This document shows positions 13,576 through 32,165 of a stretch of DNA of 64,000 nucleotides, one piece after another. The notes below the pieces were generated by a model. The model was not told the origin of the DNA, did not search any database, and saw only the letters and a list, made by a program, of their open reading frames with translations. Every line of letters begins with the position of its first letter. Position 1 is the first letter of the stretch. Source of the DNA: Klebsormidium nitens (lineage: Eukaryota > Plantae > Klebsormidiophyceae); the NCBI GenBank assembly GCA_000708835.1, contig DF237083.1, forward strand, positions 1 to 64,000, in the 5' to 3' direction. Made by a program: the position numbers and the translations under genes.

Positions 13576-16500
13576 CTACAACAGCGCAACCTCCCGGTTG
13601 AAGATCCAACTGAACTTGGCATGTTGCTGGGGCGTCTTCTTCGCCTTGGCCGCCGCCCTCTCCCCCAACTTACGCACCCGCTCGGGCAGCTTGCACACGT
13701 ATTCTTGCGCCGCCTGCGCCTCGGGGCTCAGGTTGGTGCGGTGCTCCACCCGCCATAGGTTCACCAGGTGTTGCATGATGTCAGCGTAGTCGGCAGCCGT
13801 GTAGACCCCTGTTCTTTGGGCCACCTACAGGAACAAAAGCACTATGTTGTGAGCGCCTGGAAACCAAGGACGGAGCGCCCACCTTGCGATTAGCGCAGCC
13901 GTTTTTAAGAACAACGGCTCTAAAAAGCGGACATCTCAAACGCTCTGACTTTGGTTTCCTGCTGCTGCCAGCCCTTGTTTAAGGGCCAAATGTGTCCACC
14001 CGCGGAAGACTACTTTCCCCAATCGCAGGCGGCCGCAATCCGCAATCCTTGCTTCCTTGCTTTGCGAACCGCCTAGGCCTATCTGTCCCTCGACGGGCTG
14101 TGTATCTCAAAAAGTCCCAGCAATGTCCAAGCGCAACATCTAGAAGCAATTTTCTGAAGCGTCAAAACTCCCCGACAATTACGATTGCGAAGAAGGGCGC
14201 CTCTCCTCTGGCCGTCACCTATTCTGAAGTACGACGGCGCCGAACTTTCACGCCATCAGACAAAACACACAAGCTAAGGCAGCGATAACAAAACTAGTAA
14301 GAGGTGGTTCTAAATTCTAGGTCCTCACCTCGGAAAAGTCATTGAAGAGCGCGTCATTCTGGCCACCGTATATCAGCTGTACCGGTGCAAACCTGGACGA
14401 AAAGTCCGGTCGAAAGGAGACCGAAGCAAACATGGGAAAAGTAGACTGAAATCAAATCCTCACCTCGGAGAAGTCCTTAAAGAGCGTGTCGCTCTCGCCG
14501 TCGTACATGAGGTGCGCGGGCATCACAATCTGCTTCTTCATCATGTCCGCAAACGCCAGCATGGCGCCGTCGGGGTCCAGCTCATACAGCTTCTCCACGA
14601 TCCTGCAGACGGGACAAGGCATGACGTCAGATAAACGTCGTAATCTTCCAAGCCCACGACTTAACCTCCAGCAGTATGTTTGCTTCGTGGGGCGGAGGCC
14701 AATAGCAGATGGCCTTCAGTAAACTCAGAAACTCCGTTGTTGTTCTGCTTCTATTTTCTCTTCTTCGCACCTAGGTCACCATGTTGGACGGCTCTGGATG
14801 ACGTCAAAAAGCGCAGGCCAAATTGCCGTGATTGGTATCGGATTCCATAGGAACTGCAACATAGCAGGTTGCAGGACGACTATCTTGACAGCGGGAACCA
14901 CCGCTTACAGACAAGACAGTGGAAGATTTGGAGGCCTTTCACACAAGCTCCGTGAAAAGAATGGCACCGCAGATGCTAAAGCTAGCCAGCTCCTCACGAG
15001 CTAGTGCGTCATCCTTCTCTCCGCAGTGCCTTACGGCGAGGTTAGCAGCACAAAACAACCTCCACCTCCCCTAAGATTGCTCAGATGACGCAGATTAGCC
15101 AGGACCAGTCCTCACCTGCAGTAGGCCTTCTCGTGCCGCTTCTCATCCGCTGCAATGATCCCGCAGATCTTGCCGAGCTGCTCGTCGCCGAGGGCCTTGG
15201 CGTGCCGCGCGGTGTTGCCGTGGGAAATGAACGTGGCGCGCTCCTGGAATGACGTGTAGAGGAAGCCCAAGTACGGGTTGTTCTCGGTCTTGGGGTCCTG
15301 GAGAAGAGAACGAAGATCGTTTACTTCACAATGATCATTGAGAAAAGCAATAGCGAGCGTTTGGAAGGATATGGTTGTCGTGAGGAGGACTAAGAAAAAG
15401 GAACCCAGGTACTGCCTGTTCTCAAGCTCTGGCTCCTGAGAACGGAGCTGGATAAAGCACTGAAACCCACTGGTATTCCCACGGGTTAGAAAGTCGCACT
15501 GGGAACAGTAAGGCTTGTGGTCACATAGACGAAGCCCACTAGACTTCGTGTACGTGCGGGAAACCAGTGCTTATTCAAGGCATTGCAGTCCAGAAAACAC
15601 AAATGCGGATTTTACAACATAGCTGGTTGTCGTACCAATTCGACAAACTTTGGTTGCCAGTTTAGGGCGTAGCAAACGAGAATAAAAGGTCCCGGGTTCA
15701 GAGAAAGGCGCAGTAAAACGAAGCGTCTATCAACAGTTTACAGTAGTCATGTGCCTAAGCACCCCTTCGTTCCCGGCGGAGTATATTGTCTAGGAAGAAG
15801 AGCTCCAGCACCCTTAGCTCCACCGTTTTGGTACAGATGCTTCCTTCCGTTCCCTTACATTCAACGAGATTGTACCCCTCTTGCCCGATGGAGCTTCCTT
15901 CCATCACCAGATCGATACAGCACTCACAGGAGCACAATCCTTTACATTCTCAGAACTTCCAAAATTCGAACTGTATATTCCAGAATTGGCAAAAAGGGAA
16001 GCGTGATGCAAACACGTGTAGGGTTCAATCGAAGCGAACAAGTCTGAGAACCGGACAATGAAACCTACCATGCCGGACCCGATGAGGTACTGCGTCGTTT
16101 TCTGCACCGCCTTCATGTCCACTCTCCCCGTCAGGTACAGATACGTATGCAGCAGATCCCCGTGCCGGTTCTCCTCAGCCGTCCATGCGCGGGTCCAAAT
16201 GCCCCAGGGGGTTGGGGACGCACCGGTCTCATCCCGAGTGCCGTCCAAAGTGTTAAGCATGGTCTGGTAGGTCGGGAGCGCTTCCTCGGTGATCGTATCC
16301 CCGACCAGGCAAACCAGGTAGTCGTCAGAGAGCCCGGCGGAGCGCTCGCGGAGCTCGCGCACGCGGTCGATGAAGTCTTCGTCGGACGAGACGGGGAGGT
16401 AGTCCTGCGGGCGGAATTGGAGGGTTAAGGGAACCAGAGTGGGTTACGACGATTATTGCAAAACCCAACAGCGGAAGGAAGCCCTGACCATGGATTGATT

Positions 16501-19208
16501 ATGAACAATCAGAGGATGTTGGAGCAGTTTGCACATGCGGTCGAGGAAGTCTTCGTCGGACGAGACGGGGAGGTAGTCCTGTGGACGAGGACAGTCGGTT
16601 TAACGAAACCAAGCAAGAATAAGGAGAACCATTCAAGGGACAGTGTTGTTGGTGGGATGAATGATTGAGGCCAAGAGCGGGGGGTCGGTTGATATACTCA
16701 AAAATTGCAAAAGAACCTGCGCGGCCGAGGGAATCTTGGTTGGGAAGAGACAGGGAGGAAAAGCAGGCGAAGACGGGCGGGTTGGCAGAAGCACATTAGA
16801 TTAGAAAGTTGTTGTAGGAGACACTGGTGGAGGACCATTTTGAAGAGGAGAACCAGAGGTTGGTTGAGGGGATCACAGGATGTAGGGCTTTTTAACAGCC
16901 CGGATACGCCAATGTTTTCCGATTCGGTCTAGAAGAGTCTCTCTGAGAAGACGGGATGAAGGTCCTCAAGGCAGATTGGTGTAACCTGAAGAAACATGAC
17001 GTGTCAGAAAAGAAACGTCCTCAACAGCTTATGCGGGGACTGAATAGAGTAATTATGGAAAAACCTCCCTTCGAGCGCGCCAGTGACAAGCCAGCGAGGA
17101 AATGAAACGAAGGGAGGAAAAGGGCTCTCGAGAGAACCAGAACGGTCTGAAACGTCCTCTTTTTATGAGCGCTGACTGAGAGTGGGTTTAGATATGACTG
17201 GCACAATCATTTCCTGGATATTTGATCTTCGTCAGACACAGAGCAGATATTTGATCTTCGTCAGACACAGAGCAGACACAGATTTCTTTGTCAGCTTGCA
17301 GATGGAAAACGAAGCGGCTTTGGAACCTCGCCGCAGTGTGCTTTTTGGAACCGGACAAATTGAAAGATGCTAGGAGACTGGGGCAGCTTAAGAATTTACG
17401 GTTCCCACATGATCGAATCAACGGGAACAACCATGAACAACCATGTGCAAAAACCTGGAGGTGCCCCTTACACTGAGCATTCAAAGCATCTAAAGTTCCT
17501 TAGAACATGTGATTCTTAATCTGCATGCAGCCAATCGCGCCAGAGCAAAGTGGCTGCTCTCGTTCAAGCAAAGGAAGGTGTTGGTCAAAGGTGACCAGGT
17601 TGACTATACTCTGCGGAATCCCCCACACCTTTTTTCTGGTTCCCCAAATCCACTCAACATGTCCCCAACTTCTTCGCTGTGCAATCCGCCCGATTCGTGT
17701 ACCTTGATACCAAACCAGAACCATCGGCACGTCCTCACCTGAGGCTGCCAGTTTGTGTTAGGGTCCTTCAACAGCGGCAGCAGCGCATCCTCCGCCCACT
17801 GATCCAAGGACTGCACAATCTCCAACCGCTCTGCTGTCAGGCTGTGCGCCTTGCTGGCGGCGGAAGAGATCTTTCTGCTGACGTGGCGGGCGGCCGGTGG
17901 TGGGGCCTGGACGTCGGTCCTGCAAGATTTGGCGCGAAGATGGAGTTTCGCAATCCAGAATATAATTGCAGGTATTGGCAAAACATCATCACAAACAAAA
18001 TGTTGCAATAATAAGCTCAATACCGAAAACACCACTGAAATTTGATGAGACTGACTCAATGAGGATGTTCTAGGAATGACTTCCACTGGTTCCCCTCACC
18101 ATTCTGCCAAACATTTATGGAAACAAAAAGTGTGGAAAGATGACTACCAGACAATACGGACACATTTTTTCTTGATTGCACAATCATACGATTTCCCTAT
18201 TCGCCGCCTAGAATCTGATTGGTCTCCGAGGGTCCGCGAATTCCAGCAACTTCGAAATAACTGACACTACATAAAACTCTTCGATGCCTCTGAAACTACG
18301 TTCCTGCATAAGCTCACAATAAAATGCACAGTACAGCTGATCAGGACCTGCATGAGCTCACATAAAAATACAAAACCAAAAACCAGGTATGTGCGCACCA
18401 CAAGAAGGTACTTGGGACCAGAGTCCAACCTTTGCCCCATTTTTAACACAAACCCTATAAGATACACAGGCAGCACCTACAAGCGCAAGTCTGAGTCCCT
18501 TTGCCGATTCCAGAAATTGAGGCAGATGTCTTCAACCACAACGTCCAGAATGGTTTCACTCAGCTTAAAATACAGCGACGTCAAAATCACAAAACAATGA
18601 CCCTTAGATGCAGCCAGATCTAAACGACCATTCAAGACAAGGAAATCCAGCACCAATTACATCGCAAATCAAAGCCTACAAGAATTTCTGTCACTTCTTG
18701 TCCATAGAACATTTTTAAATATGGTGACCATTATCAAGACAAGCTAGGAACATATGATTACAATAGGCCTCCAAAGGGAAGCAGCGAGTAGAATTTGTAA
18801 AGTTAGAAGCGTCAAAATTGTGTGTCAACATCAAAAGCAGCGATTGCTACAATCAACGTCATACAAATCTGACAGTCTGCTAAAAATGCTAAAAACATGG
18901 AAACAAGCTGGGCAAATCTCAACGGGACTTTGAATATGAGCCATTCAGTGGACATGGTAACCTCACAGAAGTAGCAGCGCGACAAGGGGCAATACTTACC
19001 GCGTCAACTCTGCAACCATGGCAACCTCGCCCTTCCTTCCTCTGAAGTTGTGCTTGGCAGGAGCAGCTTTACTTTCTACATGCTTCAAGAAGCTTTTGTC
19101 TATGAAACAGCAGCAAGGGCGGCCCTTTTGCTGGTGACCCCTGGCTGGTCGGCTGAAGCTGGCGATGGACTTGCCGGCAGCAGAACCAACTGCTGCAATC
19201 ATGGCCAT
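13576..19208 (-). CDS. FAB2: Plastid acyl-[ACP] desaturase (stearoyl-ACP delta-9 desaturase family), 431 aa with transit peptide
   Basis: Exons 19000-19208, 17739-17919, 16069-16404, 15116-15297, 14464-14602, 13576-13824 (1296 nt, in frame). Di-iron ligands in [25 protein letters not shown] and ADEKRHE. Ser/Ala/basic N-terminal transit peptide. Confidence 0.97.
17217..17274. repeat. Perfect 29-nt tandem duplication in desaturase intron 2
   Basis: gatatttgatcttcgtcagacacagagca occurs twice in tandem. Confidence 0.85.
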
Positions 19209-20775
19209 CCTCTCAGGGTGGAACGGAGCTCTTTGGTTGCTACTCACCCTCTGTGTGCAATGAGTTTGCTTTGTCAAAAAGCAAAATAGGACGGAAGGGG
19301 CAGCTCACTTGAAATTGTAAACTAAGTTACTTGCGCAAATAGGTATTAATGGGGATGCCTCCTGAAAGAAGAACAGCTACACAAATCTCGAATCACTCTC
19401 ACGACCTCTAGACTTTCACAAACAAGCGCTGGTTTCCCAACAGAATCTATTTGCAAGCTCCACTTGCTTCTTGCTTTGCAGAAAGCTCCAAACCAGCTGG
19501 ATCTCCTGGAACCAGAAAACTTTGAAGAGGCGCAAAAAGGCGACGCAACAAGGCTTGCAATCAAGTTGTTGTCCTGGGCTGTGCAGAATTGCCCGAGACT
19601 CAGATCAGAGCTAGGCTCCTCTAGGCTCTGTAGACTGTGGCAGAGCATGCCATAAATCTAGAGCTTATGATAGGCCGGGCGCTGTTATTTGACGAGGGTG
19701 ATGTCATGTCCACTGTAAGCCGCCGAGCTGAACCAATCAAAACCCAGAATGGCAATTGATCTGTTACGAACCTTGGACACGTGGATAACAAGAGCCATTC
19801 TGAACCGCAAGATGGAACTATGGCCATAAAAGGATCCATACCTTATGCACACCATTAGTGGAAGCTTGAAAACCGTCGATGAAAGGTGGTGTCCTGGACA
19901 TTAACCATTGATTAACTGCAGCTCTGAACCAGATACTTCGTAAATCTGCGTCCAGGCTAGTTCGTCATCAGTGAGATATCGGACGTCTGAAACAGCAAAA
20001 TTTATATCATCCTACGGCTGCAGTACCTTTTGAAGTTCTAACTTACTAGTAATTGCCTCCCTGTATTGGCATGTCAATTTCGCGGTAAAGCTATTTTTCT
20101 CGTGATCCCATTGGCTAAACCCTTACCGCCTGCCAACGTGGCATAACTTGCCTTTGACTTCAAAGACTGGAGGCCGTCGATTCATCTTCCGGTCAATCTA
20201 AACCGTTGACTGGTGCCCTTCTGCCGAGTGTTCAACATTGGTCCGGTCAAGCGAACCCGAAACAAACCCAATGCATCAGCAGATGACCGGGGAATCGTAC
20301 CGACCATCCATCTATCGTACATAATACACTACCATTATACGTAGCCAGTCCTCGGTTCCAAAATCATCCGCGTATTTCATTCCCCGACCCGACTACCGCC
20401 AAAAATGCCTCCCGGTTAGGGAGGCCATTTTCATTGTTTTCCTCTTGCTTGAACTCTCATCTAGTAGAATGGCTGAAATGTTTTATGTGAGGTCTCTTGC
20501 CCAATCTTGTCACCAGTTTTGCTGACTGGGCGAAACCCCGAGGCTAAGGCTGGTCACGTATGCCTATGGCTATGGTTCTGCGCCCGCATTCCTGCTTGCA
20601 GCTCGGTACTACCTATACCGTATGCAACTTGAAGTTGTTGCGCATACATTATTGTTCAATGCAGGGCAGCAAGTGACGTTCTGCATCAACGTCGCGTTGT
20701 CTCCTCGCTTGTAGAAGATAATTCAGCAAGAGGTTGAAAGTTCTCAGCAATTTTCTTTTTCTTTACTGCGCTTCA

Positions 20776-26284
<5,509 letters not shown>

Positions 26285-27437
26285 AGACTGTCTGCTGATG
26301 GGTTTGGATGCGTTCAGAGAGATACTGTACAATAACGCTTACTTACCAAGTTGCAAGATCCGTACTGCTACTTATATCTTTTCGCTTTATAGGTCCTCGA
26401 ACCTAAGACAATAGCCTTAGTTTCGGCGGCACTGAGTGATTCAGGAGCTATGCAACTTAGCCACGCGACTGCAATTTGCATGACAGATTAGCACCACACG
26501 TTCGGGTGTATCCCTACATGCGCAGGCCTTATTCAATGGCGCGGGCAGTCCAGATACAATTGCTCCTATACATGATGTCAGTGCGCGCGTGGATTCTGTG
26601 TTATCCAGCAGCGGATCGAGCTCTGTACTACAACTTAGTAAGGTAATTTGGTCCGCAATATAAATGGTCATTGTATTGGCTGCGTCACGTACTTAGCCTA
26701 AGTACGCGACCTATTAGGACCTACCTAAGCACGCGACCCAAGTCTTAGGTCGTGCACAGATGCTTATTTTTTCCTCGCTCACGATTCAACTGACCGTCTG
26801 TGAGCAGAAGTCAGTTGGGAGGCATGCAGAGGTCACCATCTAGCTGAGGGTCGATCTCACTTCAGAATAATCTACTTATGCACTCAGCAATTGGCACGGA
26901 TTATTGAATCAAACAATGAAGAAATGAAAACCAACTTGTTACCCAATGTGGCAATTTGAACAAGTACAACTACATTCGAACAATCCTTCAACCTAGGTAC
27001 TCTAAATGCTCCGATGCTTCTTCAGATACAATGCAGAATCCTAACCAATGTGGCGCATGTTCTCGTATGACATCTCTGTTGAGAGTTCGTTTATTACACA
27101 TTGTCTGATTGTCACGTATTGTACCACTATTGGTATTTACAGAAGAATCAGCGAGCAAGACCTAGCATAAATTGCTGATCCTAACGCCTAACATATCTCA
27201 AACCGCACCCTCCAATGTGACTACTCCCACTCCCCAAGAGCTACCAACACCCTGGCAACAGCCTCAACTATGCACTTGTCCCAAACTACCAATGAAGTAT
27301 TGAAAAGACTGTAGGCTACCTTCCCCGCTATAGATGCCTTGTTCGATCACAGGCTATCTAGTCAAATAAGAACGCCCCCTCGCAATCTACAATAAGCACA
27401 TCCTTGGCAGACTAGAACACAAGCTTCGACTCCTCAT

Positions 27438-30400
27438 TTACATGATCTGCACTGCCTCCTCTGGCTGCTCCTTGACAGGCTCGACGCCAATTGACTCGCT
27501 CAGCGCTGCCCAGTTGAAGTGGAAATGCGCAGGCTCCTTCTTGACCATCGGAACTGACCCCTCAAGAACGTTCTCGCCCTGCAGACAACAACATACCGTT
27601 TCAAGTTCCGGATAGAGAAGCGACCAAAGAGGTATCAAAATTAGCTCCGTTTACCAACTTACAGAACGCCTCACACAGAGTAGTTTGTCCTCGCACCCCC
27701 ATTCATTCTCAGCCCGCTTGAAAACCTTCTTAACAAAACCCTTCACAGACTTTTGCACAAACTTTTGCCCCCTGACCCAACAAAACAGCCTGTGACTTAG
27801 GGGTTCACAAGCAGCCAACTAACCCCAAACAAACCTTCGTTGTTCCTCACCTTGGCGCACAGCCCAATCTCCAGGTGGCACACCGGGTACTCCTTGGGGC
27901 AGCAGTGCCTGTGGTCCTCGCAGCACGTCGCGCCCGTCATCGGGCAGCACCCCCACGCCAGGCAGAACTTGCCGAGCGGGATCGAGCAGCAGCAGGTGGT
28001 CCCCTCGTTGCACGTGTGCGTCGCGTCGCACTGCTCGGGCTCCGGGGCGGGGGGGTGCGGCTTGGGCGGGCCGGGAGGGGGGTTGGGGCCCTTCTTGAGC
28101 GGGTACGACGCGACCTTGGCGATTCCGCACAGGCCCTCGGGGGCGGTGTCGCGCTTGATCTTGATGTAGCCGTCCGCCCCCCATCCGGGACCCCATGAGT
28201 TCTTGACCAGCCAGTAGGGAGTGCCGTCTTCAACGCCGTAGCCGACCGCCAGGACGCCGTGGTTCAGCGCAGTGCCGCACTCGCCGTCGAAAACGCCCTG
28301 AGAAGGGAGTGGGTTTAATTAGCAAGGGGTGTGATTAGTTCTTCAACCAGTAGCTAAAGTCAACTTTGATGCACTGTGGCGCAATCACAGTATATGGAAT
28401 AACCTTCAATATTCTCAAGCTTGTACAAATGCCCCTTACGTTACTCTAACAAGCGGTCCAACCAACAGTACCATTCTGATTGTTGTAGAAGTGGTAGAAG
28501 TGTGAGAAAAAAACACAGGAGAGAGTTGCAACAGAGTTGCAGCATGTGAAGACCAACTAATGATGAGCTACATGTACTGGCAAACTTTTAAAGAGACGCT
28601 GCCAAAGATAACCAGCTGCAAGCCCTCGACTTGCATCATGCTCTAACAAAGCATGTCAACTGCTAGTTAACCTTGCTCTGAGCAACCAGTCACCCACTTT
28701 CCTTTCGTATGCAATCAAGAAAGCAGCATAGGCAAAGCTAGTTTGAGACAAAGGCCTGCGGTCCCTTGTTCCAGAGGTCCTAACCCTGACACATCCAGGG
28801 CTTAAGCTGCCAAAGCAACAGACCACAGAATCGAAGAAAAGCATCCAAACAACAAGTCTCAGGTCTCTTTCACACCAGCAAAAGTAATAAGAGTAAAGTG
28901 AAGAGCAGCTTACCCCTCGGTAGAACTGGAACGGCCGCTTGTCCGCCTCAATTGCAACACTGACAGGCTGCTGTGACACCGCCTGCTTTAGCGAGCTCTC
29001 AGAGTTGGCAGGGACGTCCTCAAAGTCGTCGATGGTCACAACACGCATGTTCTCCTGCAGCCAGGGCGAAAGGTATTGAAAACCGCGTCTGAATATGAAA
29101 GTTCAATGAAGCAGGCGCAGGTAATGGTAACCAAGCAACACCAGCAGAACCTCGCTCAAGGACGAAACTGACAATTTCAATGCATTAAGCAGAATACACA
29201 GTGATCTGGCGTTGCGGAGCGCTTTTCAAATTGCACCAAGAAAGAGGCACTCTCGGTAGCCTGTGTCCACAGTTGCTGAGCGAGTCACCTCAGTGTGCTC
29301 TTTTCTTGACCAGAACTTTAAAGATCTTCATAACCTACAAAATGAAATGCCAAATGTTCACCATTCAGCGATTACCTTGTCAACATCGCAGCGCTCGTTG
29401 TACCCCTTGTAAGGATAGTCCTCCTCTGTGTCCAGTCCGCCATTGTCGATGATAAATTGGAAGGCAAAGTCCATGAGGCCACCCTGGCAACCCATGTCGT
29501 GCACCTTGTCGCAATCCACAAGCTCTTGCTCAGAGAGTGAGGTGAGCGAGCCAGTCACCAGCTGATTGACACCCTCTACAGCACCAGTAGTGGAGAAGGC
29601 CCAGCAGCTACCTGGAAAACGAGTAGCAATGATGACATCAGCGAAGGTTGACAGAATGTCTTGTTGATAGCCGAAAAGGTAGCACATATGAAGCAAGAAA
29701 CTTTGCAGCGATGTAAAGAGACATCTTAAAGAAAAGGTTTTAGAGAAGATCAACAATAGCTAGCGCTTCAGTGCTCCCTTCATCAACAAATCAGAGAAGA
29801 CACTCTTCATCAACAGAATAAAGAAAGAGATTATACAGTACACACTACATAGACAAAAGAGCGCCCTCACAAAAAGAACATCTCACAAACCATCTGCAAC
29901 CCGACAAAACTTATGCTTAGAATATACTAGAAATCGAAATCGACTTGCGAATCCACAGCAACAATCTGCATATAAATAGAAAAAAGCTTCCTCTGTGATC
30001 CATCCTCAATCCTTCACATACATGAAGAAGACTCAGAAGAGGCAACCCTACAACGACTTTGGCGACTTACCAAGCCCTCACATAAATGAGGAGCTAACCC
30101 TACACAAACTTTGGAAACTTACCACAGCGAGCTTGGTTCTTCACAGCAGTGACAGCGCCTTTCTCCACCCAATTGACCTCCTCTGGGACCTCCGTCACGG
30201 CTCCATGGACAAACTCCCCGCGAGGCATCCTCAGCAGGTTGGCAACACGGTCATAGCTGTACCCCAGCCTGTTCTCCTTAAACTCCTCGTGCGTCAGGTC
30301 GGCATACTCGTTCAGGCCGAGCTTGTGGGAACCGTGCTGCTCGTTGTACTCGTGGATGTACAGGAGGTTGTCCTTGAAGATGCCAAACCGCTCCTCGTCC

Positions 30401-30573
30401 TCCCCCAGCGCGTTGTAGAACTTGCGGTGAGACTCCGTCCATCTCGTGAAGAGGGAGCGGAGGGCCTCTTCAGAGGACAGGTCCTGTGGCTCGTAGCCTA
30501 GATCATAGGCGTGAGCTGCCAGGGCAGACGAAAGGAGCAGGAGGATTGACAGGAGGCGGAAGGAGGGCGCCAT
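27438..30573 (-). CDS. RD21: Papain-like cysteine protease (C1A), RD21-like, with signal peptide, I29 prodomain, Pro-rich linker and granulin domain
   Basis: Exons 30123-30573, 29376-29611, 28914-29054, 27851-28297, 27438-27578. ERFNIN-type prodomain. Catalytic Q..CGSCWAF, NHGV and [13 protein letters not shown] linker and granulin CDATHTC...TCCC...CCP...[10 protein letters not shown]. Confidence 0.95.
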
Positions 30574-30720
30574 GGAAGCGCGGCAGACGTGGAAAACCTG
30601 CGGAGTGTGCTGCTGCAAATGAGCTGGAGTTTCAGGGCCGTAGCGAGGAAGGAGCACTTCCCATGAACAGAGCCACTGTAGTGACCGGTGAGAACAGGCG
30701 CTCTTTTGTGCGGGACGACG

Positions 30721-30730
30721 ACTATAAATA
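30721..30730 (-). promoter_or_regulatory. Possible TATA-like box of the protease gene
   Basis: actataaata (TATTTATAG on the minus strand) about 150 nt upstream of the ATG; position and motif only. Confidence 0.3.
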
Positions 30731-30734
30731 CCTG

Positions 30735-32165
30735 TGGGAACCTCACTCCGTCAGTTCCGAAATTCGGAACTCCGAAACTTGAAATATGGACATGGGCGCC
30801 TCGGTTTTGCTCTGGTACGAGAAAGTTTTCTGCTCGACATAAAATGGCTCATTTTGAATGGTTTCTCACGGCGGTTTCGACGTTACGCTCAAGAGGCCAG
30901 CGCCCCCTACACATTGCGACAAGAACCGCCGAAAATGACGAAGAAATGGTCCACTTTTCTGTATCTATAATGCCATTTTTTACAAGTTCGATCCGTGCGC
31001 CCTCGGCCGAATTTGAATTCGGTCGGCCGTTGGCAAAAAGTGCCACGTCAGCATTTTGAGTTTGCCCGATTAAATAGTCGGTCTGGTGGTCAAACTTACC
31101 TAAATCGGCGCGCGGGCGCGCAGTTGACATATCTGAAGACGTCTTTCTTGATATCTCGAGCAATACTTGAGCTTTTTGAGTTCTGTCTTTTGCATATGAA
31201 AGGGTACCTCAAGAGCATTCTACAAAGTGCTTGTCGGCAAAAAATAAGCCCCCCACGTGCATGCAATCATAGGGGCATTTTGGGCTTTCTGGCACAGATT
31301 CAAAATTGCGCGTTTGTGAATAGCAANNNNNNNNNNNNNNNNNNNNNNNNNNNNNNNNNNNNNNNNNNNNNNNNNNNNNNNNNNNNNNNNNNNNNNNNNN
31401 NNNNNNNNNNNNNNNNNNNNNNNNNNNNNNNNNNNNNNNNNNNNNNNNNNNNNNNNNNNNNNNNNNNNNNNNNNNNNNNNNNNNNNNNNNNNNNNNNNNN
31501 NNNNNNNNNNNNNNNNNNNNNNNNNNNNNNNNNNNNNNNNNNNNNNNNNNNNNNNNNNNNNNNNNNNNNNNNNNNNNNNNNNNNNNNNNNNNNNNNNNNN
31601 NNNNNNNNNNNNNNNNNNNNNNNNNNNNNNNNNNNNNNNNNNNNNNNNNNNNNNNNNNNNNNNNNNNNNNNNNNNNNNNNNNNNNNNNNNNNNNNNNNNN
31701 NNNNNNNNNNNNNNNNNNNNNNNNNNNNNNNNNNNNNNNNNNNNNNNNNNNNNNNNNNNNNNNNNNNNNNNNNNNNNNNNNNNNNNNNNNNNNNNNNNNN
31801 NNNNNNNNNNNNNNNNNNNNNNNNNNNNNNNNNNNNNNNNNNNNNNNNNNNNNNNNNNNNNNNNNNNNNNNNNNNNNNNNNNNNNNNNNNNNNNNNNNNN
31901 NNNNNNNNNNNNNNNNNNNNNNNNNNNNNNNNNNNNNGTGCTATTCACAAACGCGCAATTTTGAATCTGTGCCAGAAAGCCCAAAATGCCCCTATGATTG
32001 CATGCACTTGGGGGGCTTATTTTTGCCGACAAGCACTTCGTAGAATGCTCTTGAGGTACCCTTTCATATGCAAAAGACAGAATTCAAAAAGCTCAAGTAT
32101 TGCTCGAGATATCAAGAAAGACGTCTTCAAAACGCGCGCGCGCGCCGATTTAGGTAAGTTCGACC
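30735..32165. mobile_element. Putative non-autonomous DNA transposon / foldback element with long inverted repeats flanking the gap
   Basis: 31088-31325 is the reverse complement of 31939-32165, with a few substitutions and one indel. Short hairpins at 30754-30770 and about 31007-31022. The centre is hidden by Ns. Confidence 0.5.
31327..31937. other. Assembly gap (611 N)
   Basis: Run of N. Confidence 1.

Noticed and set aside
14329-14392. Productive mutually exclusive exon in the desaturase
   Set aside because: Covers only the last third of exon 5, is 64 nt long, and its phase is incompatible with exon 4 or exon 5
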